Shown piece by piece: positions 36,101 to 45,339 of a stretch of DNA of 64,000 bases. Source of the stretch: Mytilus trossulus (lineage: Eukaryota); contig NC_086381.1 in the NCBI RefSeq assembly GCF_036588685.1, positions 21,018,001 to 21,082,000 on the forward strand. The letters are read 5' to 3'. The number at the start of each line of letters is the position of its first letter. Positions within the stretch are counted from its first letter, which is position 1. The notes beneath the pieces were generated by a model. That model worked only from the letters and a program-made list of their open reading frames with translations, made no database searches and had not been told where the DNA came from. Made by a program: the position numbers and the translations under genes.

Positions 36101-39026
36101 ATTTTGATTGTTGCAGCCTTTGAAATTAGAACCTAGAATAAGGGAGTGGGATCACATATCCCATTTCTGTTTTTTTAGGAGTGAATAAAAGAAATAAAAT
36201 TAAAAAAAAAAAAATGACTGTCATTTCATATTTCTACAGTGTATTAAGCCTAGCTGTAAATGATGTTTTTTCACGATGGTCTACTGAAATCATTGATGAG
36301 ATGCCTTATGGCTTTTTTTCTGATCCAGCTATTAAATTTATCGCTTACCAGTCGTCATTATGAATATTAAATTGATAAAACATTTTAATCCTATAATGTA
36401 TAAACTTTCATTTCAGGCTATTAATGGAACCTACGTTGACAAGAAGTGTCCATTCACTGGTAATGTTCACATTAGAGGAAGAATCCTGTCAGGTGTTGTC
36501 CTCAAAATGAAGATGATGAGGACCATCGTCATCAGAAGAGATTATCTTCATTACGTCAAGAAGTACAACAGATTCGAAAAGAGACATAAGAACATGTCTG
36601 TCCATTGTAGTCCAGCTTTCAGGTATGCTAAGCTTTTCTTGCTGGATCTTTTTGTTATGTACACTTTATTCTTGAGAGAGCAGACAGTTAACCATTACAG
36701 TAAACATTATTTGCACAGACATCACATTTGATATAAATACATCCTCTTTATAGACTTGCAGTATTACAAATATTGCCTTATTTCCTTATTCAATCAATTG
36801 ATTTTGTGCCATCTTGATTAATAAAATGGCTATATGACTTGTATGCCAATGAGGAAAATTCTTGTCAGAACTGTGAAGAAAACGCACGTCAGTCTGAGGC
36901 ATATTTTAGCTACATAAAAGTAGTCCTTGAAATTTCATGATATTAGTTCTATGATTTTCTCTCTATATGCACATCACCAAAAGTGAGGGGGGATAGGAGG
37001 GGTCCTGATCCCAAAATCCCGGGCTTAAAAATACGGAATCCAGAGGTCCCCAAATCTGAAAAAAGAATTCACAGATCCCGAAACGGTAAATTCCGAAATC
37101 CCAAGCTTAAAAACACCCGATTATTTGCACAGACAACACATTTGATATAAATACATCCTCTTTATAGACTTGCAGTATTACAAATATTGCCTTATTTCAT
37201 TATTCAATCAATTGATTTTGTGCCATCTTGATTAATAAAATGACTCTGCAACTTGTATGCCAATGAGGAAAATTCTTGTCAGAACTGTGAAGAAAACGCA
37301 CGTCAGTCTGAGGCATATTTTAGCTGTTAAAGAAGTCATTGAAATACAATAAATAATTAATTGTATAATGACATTAGTTCTATGATTTTTCTCTCTATGC
37401 ACATCACCAAAACTTGTTATAACATTCATTTTCAAGCAAGATAGAATGAACCCCCTTTTCCTATATATATATGCATCTTCCAATTTATCATGCTTATACA
37501 ACATATTTTATCAACCTATACTGTCTTCATGCAGACACAGGTCATACTCTCATTTGTAGAAAATTTTGTCTGTATTGGAAATTAACTAGCTTTTGGGCCC
37601 ATGACCAAGCCTGTAGATATCATAAAGTCCTGACTTTTTGGTTACACAATGCAAAAGTACAAAATTTAAGATAAAGATAAATATATAAGCTTTCCTTCCT
37701 AATTCAAGCATTTGATTACATGTAATCATGTTTATAGAGTTGATTAACTTGTGTGCCAATGAGGAAATATTTTTTCTGAACTATGAAGAAAACGCACGTC
37801 AGTCTGAGGCATATTTTAGTTGTAAAAGTAGACATTGAAAGACTAGTTATTCTGTTATCAATAGCCAGTCAACAGAGGTTGTGAGTTCGAACCATGCTTA
37901 TGTGGGTGCACTTGACTCCAATCTAAATCGACTAGTATTGTCAGTTTTCCTATAGGTTTGGTTTTCCCCTGGCACTATGGGCTTCATTCACTTATTAAAA
38001 TAACTGCTAAGAAATAGCCCAAATGTGGTGCTTAAAAGTGGTGTTAAAACACCAACAATCAATCTATCTTATACATTTTGTGAATTAATAAGGCAAAAGA
38101 CATGAATTTCTTTTTCTTCCTCCTTACCTATCCTATACCTATTCCACATATGATATGAATAGGTATTGTTGAGCACCATATAATTCCATGGATAATTAGT
38201 CTTGACAATGAACTTTTGTGGCCTTGGACCTAATCCTCATTTTTTTGGAAAATTTGTCTATGTTCTATTGGGATATACATTTAGTTCTAAAATATTTAAA
38301 TATAACTTGTGTGCCAATGAGGAAAATTATTTTCAGAACTGTGAAGAAAACGCACGTCAGTCTGAGGCATATTTTGGCTGAAAAAGCAGATATTTTAGTT
38401 CACTTGTATTATTCTCATTCTAAACATTTATGGCCAAGGGTAAAGACAGTCTTTACAAGTCCAGAATTAAAAACGAATATATATAAGTTATAAACCATGC
38501 CTTCCTAATTTAAACAAGATTTTTGTCCATCAATGGTTAAAGAATAAAATATAATTTCTATGCCAATGAGGAAAATTCTATTCAGAACTGTGAAGAAAAC
38601 GCACGTCAGTCTGAGGCATATTTTAGCTGAAAAAGAAGAGATTTTAATTCTAGAATTTCCTCACTATGAACATCTACCAACTGGCTATAACATTCAATTT
38701 TTCCCCTTTATTTTGTTTTCAAGTTAAGTATAAATAAATTGCAAATGTCTTTGATGTAAATTTACAGGCTTATTTTAATAAATAAAAAAAAAAAACACAT
38801 TGGCTATTGATGTGCTAAATTTCATGCACTCTTTTGAACTAGATATAGATATGTATTTGTGATGATTGGTTAAAAAAAATATGTATTTTTTTTATTTTGC
38901 AGAGATCTGATTGTTGGAGATGTTGTCACAGTAGGAGAGTGCCGACCTCTGAGTAAAACTGTACGATTCAATGTTATTGGTATCAAGAAGACAGGTTCAT
39001 CCAAAAAAGGATTCAGAAAATTCTAA
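27167..39026 (+). CDS. RPS11: 40S ribosomal protein S11 (uS17), 153 aa, 4 exons
   Basis: Exons 27167-27178 (MAEQ), 28558-28677 (TERSFQKQ...[10 protein letters not shown]), 36417-36622 ([24 protein letters not shown]...[14 protein letters not shown]), 38903-39026 ([24 protein letters not shown]...GFRKF*). Total 462 nt in frame, all GT-AG. AATAAA overlaps the stop codon. Confidence 0.97.
28161..28300. mobile_element. Small MITE with ~35-bp TIRs in RPS11 intron 1
   Basis: AACGGCACGTGACTTC..TGAATATAAAATTTGA / TCAAATTTTATATTCA..GAAGTCACGTGCCGTT. Confidence 0.65.
28946..29023 (+). ncRNA. SNORD35: Box C/D snoRNA, SNORD35/U35 (snR73) type, copy 1 of 10
   Basis: AGCTG stem, C box ATGATGT, guide TCACGATGGTCTA followed by D' CTGA, C' TGATGA, D CTGA, CAGCT stem. 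The guide is complementary to conserved 28S UAGACCGUCGUGA. Human SNORD35B is also hosted by RPS11. Confidence 0.9.
29519..29596 (+). ncRNA. SNORD35: SNORD35-type snoRNA copy 2
   Basis: Body identical to copy 1; TAGCTG/CAGCTA stem. Confidence 0.88.
30065..30142 (+). ncRNA. SNORD35: SNORD35-type snoRNA copy 3
   Basis: Identical body. Confidence 0.88.
30631..30708 (+). ncRNA. SNORD35: SNORD35-type snoRNA copy 4
   Basis: Identical body. Confidence 0.88.
31177..31254 (+). ncRNA. SNORD35: SNORD35-type snoRNA copy 5
   Basis: One substitution between D' and C'. Confidence 0.88.
31574..31651 (+). ncRNA. SNORD35: SNORD35-type snoRNA copy 6
   Basis: Identical body. Confidence 0.88.
32049..32125 (+). 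ncRNA. SNORD35: SNORD35-type snoRNA copy 7
   Basis: Boxes and guide intact; two substitutions outside them. Confidence 0.86.
32314..32390 (+). ncRNA. SNORD35: SNORD35-type snoRNA copy 8
   Basis: Boxes and guide intact; GCTGTA/TGCAGC stem. Confidence 0.86.
32511..34296 (+). mobile_element. HINE / non-autonomous Helentron-type element with three ~500-bp internal tandem units
   Basis: 5' TTAGCTCACCTGGCCCGAAGGGCCAAGTGAGC hairpin, (CGTC)n microsatellite, units starting ~32590/33092/33595, 3' AGGTGAGCG plus AGGCTCTTTAGAGCCT hairpin and CTAGTT. Inserted in a T-rich site whose empty version is at ~32235. Confidence 0.85.
34387..35980. mobile_element. Non-autonomous TIR transposon (Zator or PIF/Harbinger type), TSD TAA, inserted into snoRNA copy 9
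   Basis: TIRs GGCCACTTTTTTTTTATTAGTTGGTTTACGG / CCGTAAACCAACTAATAAAAAAAAAGTGGCC. TAA at 34384-86 and 35981-83. Removing the element restores AGCTGTAAATGATG. Confidence 0.88.
35981..36052 (+). ncRNA. SNORD35: SNORD35-type snoRNA copy 9 (5' stem strand displaced to 34379-34383 by a TE)
   Basis: C, guide, D', C' and D intact, but the terminal stem is split by a 1.6-kb insertion. Confidence 0.75.
36252..36330 (+). ncRNA. SNORD35: SNORD35-type snoRNA copy 10 (acceptor-proximal)
   Basis: Intact; ends ~86 nt upstream of the exon 3 acceptor, the usual position for an intronic C/D snoRNA. Confidence 0.9.
36842..36903 (+). ncRNA. Box C/D snoRNA, snR72-like guide (28S Am876-equivalent), copy 1 of 5
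   Basis: TATGCC/GGCATA stem, C box ATGAGGA, D' CAGA, C' GTGAAGA, guide GCACGTCAG-T, D CTGA. The guide is complementary to conserved LSU CUGACGUGC. Confidence 0.8.
37256..37317 (+). ncRNA. snR72-like C/D snoRNA copy 2
   Basis: Identical to copy 1. Confidence 0.8.
37752..37813 (+). ncRNA. snR72-like C/D snoRNA copy 3
   Basis: D' is CTGA; D guide invariant; C-D' segment diverged. Confidence 0.8.
38310..38371 (+). ncRNA. snR72-like C/D snoRNA copy 4
   Basis: Boxes and D guide invariant. Confidence 0.8.
38559..38620 (+). ncRNA. snR72-like C/D snoRNA copy 5
   Basis: Boxes and D guide invariant. Confidence 0.8.
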
Positions 39027-41410
39027 ATAAAAAAAAATGGACATGTATTTATATTATTGTCTTAAATTGCCATCACTAGAAAGAAAGAAAAATATCAAAC
39101 CTTGGTAACTCAGGAAAGTTCTATATAACTGCATGATTCTGCCAACACTTGCTTGGTGATAACATTGTGATAGCATCCTTATTGTCAGTTCATCAACATA
39201 ATTTGCAAAGTGCAGCTAAACAAACAAATCTTGTTGGGCTCAGTGTATTTATTAATTTTTCGGTGATTCAGGAAAACTACCATTTTACATGGATATTTGG
39301 ATTTCATGGTTTTTGTCAAATCTCTGCATTCAAAGCTTATTGATAATTGTTTAATCAGTTAACATTTGAATTCATAGTTCAGCAGTTTCCACAAAACCCA
39401 TGAAAATGGTATCCAACGAATAATAATGAATCCACAATATTAGTCCTACAAGAGATAGCTAAAGCTCCATGTCCAAAGAAAGTATTCTACACTTGCCTGA
39501 TGCCTTCTGCTTATGATGTGTTTTCCTGTTATGGGGAAATAAAGTCTTGCATAGAGCCGATTCCTTGTCCCAGATTGGTTTTATATTTGCATTAAGTTTT
39601 TGACTTGGAAAATATTATGGTCTCTAGCAACACTAAATGTTGATCTTTTCTTTTTTTAATCTGCCCCTATAATGACATTAATGATACCAATTTTCCTGCA
39701 CCAGATGCGCATTATGACCATACATGTCTCTTCAGTGATGCTCGTGGCCAAAATATTTGTAATCCAAAGCTAATTTAAAAGATAAAGAGCTATAGTCTAA
39801 TAGGTCCAAAAAGTATAGCCAAATTCAGAAAGAAATCCGAGCTTTGCATGAGGGAGATACATTCTATAAAAGTTAATTATTTATTCAAGGTACTTTTCTA
39901 TGCTGTTGTTAAATCAATTTGGTCCAGATATTCATTACCAATAGGTTTTAAACTTTTTTAAGATAAGTGCCAAACAATGGTTTTGACCTATATTTTGTGG
40001 TTTACTGGTCATACAATAACTTCAACTGTACTAAATCTAGTTTTATTGCACCATATGAGTATTTCAAAATTTCAGGACGCTTCAGTGCTGTTGGAGGCTA
40101 AAATACCTGAAGTCCTGAACATAAGGCAAATATAAAACCAATTCAGGACAAAGAATAGACTTTATGCATGACTCCATTTCCCCTAAACATGAGTAGAGGC
40201 AAAAAACAGAAGAGCATTTAGGGGCAGTGATCAATCTTCAAAGGCCTTGGTTTTCCCTAAGAGAAGTAAAAATTATGTTATATAAATGAGAGATTGCTAT
40301 GATTGCCAATGAGATACTTTCTCCACCATTTGACGTCGAGGTTTACAGCTATTGTTCACTGTAAGCCATCAACAAGGAGTAAAACCCATATTGCATAGTT
40401 CTTGTGATTTACATACACCCATTTATAGTAATGGATATAAATAGATAAGAACTCTCCATCCAAGTCATAATTTGTAAAAGTAGGCCAAAGTTAGGTCTTC
40501 AACACAGAACTTGCACTGATATAGCTATAAAGCTATAAAGGGCCACAAAAAATGATTTGGTGGAAAACCAATGGTTTTATCTATGAAAAACAAGAATCAT
40601 TTATCAACCACAGGTTCCTTACCAAGGACATGTGAAAGGGAATGCCATAGCAGATGCTTTTTCATGTGGGAAGGATTGTCTTCAATTCATAAAATGGGAT
40701 TTACATTTTATAATAGCAAATATGTTGTTTCAAACGTTGCAGGACATCTGTTTTAGTGCTCGAGCTTCAGTGAACTTGGTATTTGGATCTCATGGACTGG
40801 GAGACATGGCAGTTTCAGTAGATATATTGTCAATGAGTTGCTATGAATTCTTTTGCTGTTGCATTTTCTTCAGGCATAATGATCAGAGAATTAACTCTGG
40901 AAGGGAAAAGTTTCATGTTTACTAATATTAGCACAATGTTGCCTCGAAAGTGATGATTAAACTACATAATATGAGAGTTCTTAAAAGCTTATGACTTTTA
41001 ATGTCTAAAAACATATACTACAAAAGGACCCCCCTCTTAACAAAAAACCAACACAGGCTATAATCATTTCAAACCAGCAAAAAAATCAGTACACAAATAG
41101 TTAAAAATGCAAGGTATATTACTTGACAGCTGACGTGTTCGGATTTAGCACCAGTTTTATATTAATGTTAACATTATATTCAGTGAAAACTATTTTTCCC
41201 CAAGTCCTAAGGCTGCGACACAGACGAACATAAACTGAACTGAATGGATCTATATTCTGCCATTGAGGCCCTTCATAAAACAAATATATGTTGGTTGACA
41301 ATTAGAAGAACTGTGAACTCACAACACTGTTTGATTTAGCCAAAAATGGGTGGATAAAAAAAACCGAACCGTGATGACACCGACTACTGAACAAAAAAAT
41401 TATCAACATT

Positions 41411-43042
41411 TTAATGTTTCATTTCATAAATATACAATAAACCTTTTTCGTTTGCAAAATTAAGTCGTTTTCTTGTTCTGTCGAACGAAAGTGCTCTAGG
41501 TAATGTCATCCGAAGTTTTTTTTCTGTAATTATTTGTCTGTGTTGTGCGCCATCTGATGATAATACAAGCACGTTTAAGGTACGACCACCTGCAACATAT
41601 ACATTTCCCCTTCCATCAACCCCGATCCCGTACGGTTCTTTCAAAATATCTTCATTTTTGAATTCCCATTTAATAACACCGTTCATATCGCAACACAATA
41701 CTCTATTGTTTGAGGAGTTTGTGATGTATATGTTACCATTGTATTCATCTATAAATGCCCCCTCACTAATTTCACAACGGATGATGTCTAATGGCTTAAG
41801 TGTAACTTTATTCAACATCTGAATACCCTTTCCTTTGATGGCAACAAACAAAAGTTCTTCATTAGATGTTATTCCGTATGATTGTCCTGAAAGTTTAATA
41901 AACTTGATAAATTTTCCTAAACTGATATCTACGATGCTTATACCATGTTTCTTTTTATTTCCTGACGTAATAGCAACAGTTGTATCACTAAGAAGCACTA
42001 TATCGAAAACACCGAACGATTTCAGTGAAATTATAAATTTCTGTGACCCATTACTTGTAAGTAACATAATTTCACTTGTCTCCTGGCAAGTGAAGATGTA
42101 TTCATCTTGAACAGTTACACACACGCCAGAAATACTTGAAAGCATGCCGGTAATATTTAAAGCGGTAACATACTCTGGTTGTATATTTCTTATTGATAAT
42201 AAATTTGGTGAAATCATCACTTGTGCTTGTTTTTGTTGCTTTCTATCGATTTTCACATTACTTGACCTCGAAAGCATCGTTACCGAGCCTAAACTTTTAA
42301 TATTTAGAAACTCTGGATGAATAATACATTCAATATACGTTTTTTTTAAGTTGATATCAATAAAAGACTGAAGAAATTCTTCATGTTGAGCCAGTTGAGT
42401 TTGTGCATTTTTCATTTTCATAAAAGTCTGCAATTCTGAGGCATTCTTTTTCATATAAACAAGAGCAGTATACATTTCATTTACGTCTACCATATTTTGA
42501 CCAATTTGTTGTACAAGTTGATTAAGTCTTTTAGTTTCGTTACTTTCAGCTTCTTTTAGTTCATCTAGCATTTGTTTTTCTATGTCATCTAGATGACCAA
42601 CAATCTTTCTTCGTATAGCAATAATATCTTCTGCAAAATTTCGTCTCTGTTCTGCTATATCTAAAATGTTCTTTTCTTTTTCACTCTTTATCGCCTTTAA
42701 ATTTTCTTCCAACTCTTGCAGTGATTGTATAATGACCTGCAATCCATCGGATCCTTTAACGTTTGAAATAGCATCTTCTAAAGGGACAATATCACAGCAC
42801 CCATTATGTTTCTTTATACATTGTTTGCAAAGTGGACAGTCGTGATTTATACAGAATGATGAATACTCGCAAATATGATTGGAACAATCACAGTATTCTT
42901 TTATATCAGAAATTTTTGAATGTTTCTCTTTTTGGTCGATAGAAATTGATTTTAAATGGCTGCTTGGTACTTCCTCACATGCTGTGCTGTTTGATGTCTT
43001 TGATGGAAGAACTTCCTCGCATGCAGTGGTGCTTGTTGCCAT
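41411..43042 (-). CDS. TRIM-like B-box / coiled-coil / NHL-type beta-propeller protein (543 aa from MATSTT; single coding exon)
   Basis: Uninterrupted ORF 41411-43087. B-box CSNH..FCINHDCPLCKQC..KH, long coiled coil, NHL-like repeats (PYGIGVDGRGNVYVAG). Likely start ATG 43042 after acceptor TTTTCAG (~43066); upstream UTR donor CAG|GTAAGG at ~43486. Confidence 0.85.
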   Translation of the reverse strand: MATSTTACEEVLPSKTSNSTACEEVPSSHLKSISIDQKEKHSKISDIKEYCDCSNHICEYSSFCINHDCPLCKQCIKKHNGCCDIVPLEDAISNVKGSDGLQVIIQSLQELEENLKAIKSEKEKNILDIAEQRRNFAEDIIAIRRKIVGHLDDIEKQMLDELKEAESNETKRLNQLVQQIGQNMVDVNEMYTALVYMKKNASELQTFMKMKNAQTQLAQHEEFLQSFIDINLKKTYIECIIHPEFLNIKSLGSVTMLSRSSNVKIDRKQQKQAQVMISPNLLSIRNIQPEYVTALNITGMLSSISGVCVTVQDEYIFTCQETSEIMLLTSNGSQKFIISLKSFGVFDIVLLSDTTVAITSGNKKKHGISIVDISLGKFIKFIKLSGQSYGITSNEELLFVAIKGKGIQMLNKVTLKPLDIIRCEISEGAFIDEYNGNIYITNSSNNRVLCCDMNGVIKWEFKNEDILKEPYGIGVDGRGNVYVAGGRTLNVLVLSSDGAQHRQIITEKKLRMTLPRALSFDRTRKRLNFANEKGLLYIYEMKH

Positions 43043-44084
43043 TTCAGACAGATTGCTTTTGTTTTCTGAAAAGATTTTGAAATGCATTATGTTACAGTGG
43101 GTTAATACTGATATGCTTAGTTTAATGACTCATGATTTTCAACAACAAAAATACGTTTGATGTTTCAAGCTATTTCAAGCATCAGGGAAATTGCGCATGT
43201 GCTTGTGTAGTTAAACGATATTTAGTTGATCCTGGTCTTGTGAATCTCTTTGTAGGTCGAACGTTTTTCTCATCGACAATGATTTAAATGATCGATCTTT
43301 TACGTTGCTGTACATAAGCAGGATTTTTATCAAGCAGGTAATGAAGTTATCCCTCGAAACCGTGATGGAGCCTATTATTGTTTCTCCGAACCCACTGAAT
43401 ATAAAATCTGTATAAAATACTTGCATACATTATTTAGCCACACACAACATTGGATAAATAATATAAATAGTACGTGAAGGCCTTACCTGGCTATATATGT
43501 CTTTTAGATTACACAGCTCAAATCGAACCTGTATGTGATTACAGATTTTTCTCAAGTCAGGCATGAAAAAGTCTAGAGGGTCGGACCTATAATATAACAA
43601 ACACAGAAAAACACGGAAGTTCAACTCCAAATATTAACTATAAATATGGATTGAAATATGTTCCATATTCACCTGTGTTACACACGAACGTTTTTTAAAT
43701 GATTTAAACTAAATACGCTGAGTATATATATACGGTTTGTTGACTGGTAACCATTGGATTTGATGATGGTGACAAAGATCCTTTTAGTAATCAATTGGGG
43801 GGAAAATAACCGATTTCTGGAATCTAGATAGCTAAAAGTAAAATGTCGGCTCTCTCAGCAAACATGTTCGACATGTTGCCATGAAGTAAAGCGCTATCTT
43901 ATTTCCACAGGGAAATATTCATACCATAGATAGTTATATTGAATGCGGCGCATGCAATGTTATCATGACTTCATTAGAATACTGAGTCTCATACATTTTC
44001 TTGTTTGTATTGCTTTGTCAGTTAAAATTGTATCTCGTTGTCTGTTTGGCCTTTCCTGGTATATTGTTGTATATAATATGATAA

Positions 44085-44808
44085 ACAAACAGGCCTATAC
44101 ATGATCATACATCAACGCAAAGAAAACTAAATCAATGAGGCTAAATACAAACCAGCAAGATTGTCTTAAGATCGACGACTCTACTGTTAAAGATATACAA
44201 CAATTCACCTATCTTGGAAGTATTGTCAGTACATCAGGAGGCACAGACGAAGACATATCGGCAAGAAAAAAGAAAGCACAACAGGTATTTTCCATGCTTA
44301 ACCCTATTTGGAGGAGTAATGCTTTAAGAACTAGCACAAAGTTTAGGATATTTACCACCAATGTCAAATCTGTACTCTTATAAGGATCAGAAACCTGGAG
44401 AGAAACAGCTGCATCCATGAAATCTATCCAGACTTTTGTCAATAAATGTCTGAGAAACATCCTCAACATCAGATGGCCAAACAAAATATCCAACAATGAG
44501 CTATGGAGAAGAACAAAACAACAGCCAACAACCCAGACAACTAGAGCAAGAAAGTGGAAGTGGATCGGACTTACCCTCAGAAAAAAGACACACACATTAC
44601 CAAGCAAGCCCTGAAATGGAACCCCCAAGGACATCGAAAAAGGGGAAGGCCAACAAACACCTGGCGCAGGGGACTAACAACCGAGCTGAGTAAAATTGGG
44701 ATGACCAGGAAAGAAACAAAACGAACAGCCTTGGACAGGAAGAAATGGAGAGAAACTGTAGGCGCCCTATGTCCCCCTTTGGACGAAGTGGATTTAGTCA
44801 AGTAAGTC
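44085..44808 (+). mobile_element. 5'-truncated RTE-clade LINE with 10-bp TSD
   Basis: Frames encode [56 protein letters not shown]. Tail AGTCAAGTAAGTC; TSD AATATGATAA at 44075-84 and 44809-18. Confidence 0.9.
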
Positions 44809-45339
44809 AATATGATAATAACGATTAAACCATTTTTATTTTAATCGTAGACTGTAAATTTTAAAAAGTTTTTTTTGTTAGAAAGCTCCCAGAATGGAAA
44901 TAGTCTTTTAACATATTATAAGGTAGTAAGTATTTATGTCTATCTAAGAATATCTACATACTATCTGTTTATCATTTTAAATTAATGGTGTGAAAATCCC
45001 GCGCCTCATCTTTAACCAGTGAATGGACATCACCTTTCACAGATTCTTCAAAACATAATGGCACTGTGGACTTTCCTATTTTACTTTTTGATCAGAACTG
45101 CTTCTGGGGTTGTGAGCTCCAACTACTTCTAGCGTAATAAGATATGTTGATATTTATACGTTGTAACCCTTAGACTTAGATAATTGAGAATAAAACAACT
45201 TCGTCCTGCTTCTGATATATCATTATTGTTGAAAATCTCGACATAGAGATAGTGACTGGGAAGCGAAGGTGTTAACATACTTATTAAACGCTTAATACTG
45301 CAGAAGGGAGAAGAACTGGATGCTTCATTCTTTGTCATT

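Noticed and set aside
36181-36731. ORFs 36181-36363 and 36360-36731 as standalone genes
   Set aside because: The first overlaps snoRNA copy 10; the second is RPS11 exon 3 with intronic read-through.
28946-38620. Conserved repeats with variable spacers resembling CRISPR or attC cassette arrays
   Set aside because: The repeats have C/D boxes, terminal stems and rRNA antisense guides, and the spacers are homologous to each other. They are snoRNAs.
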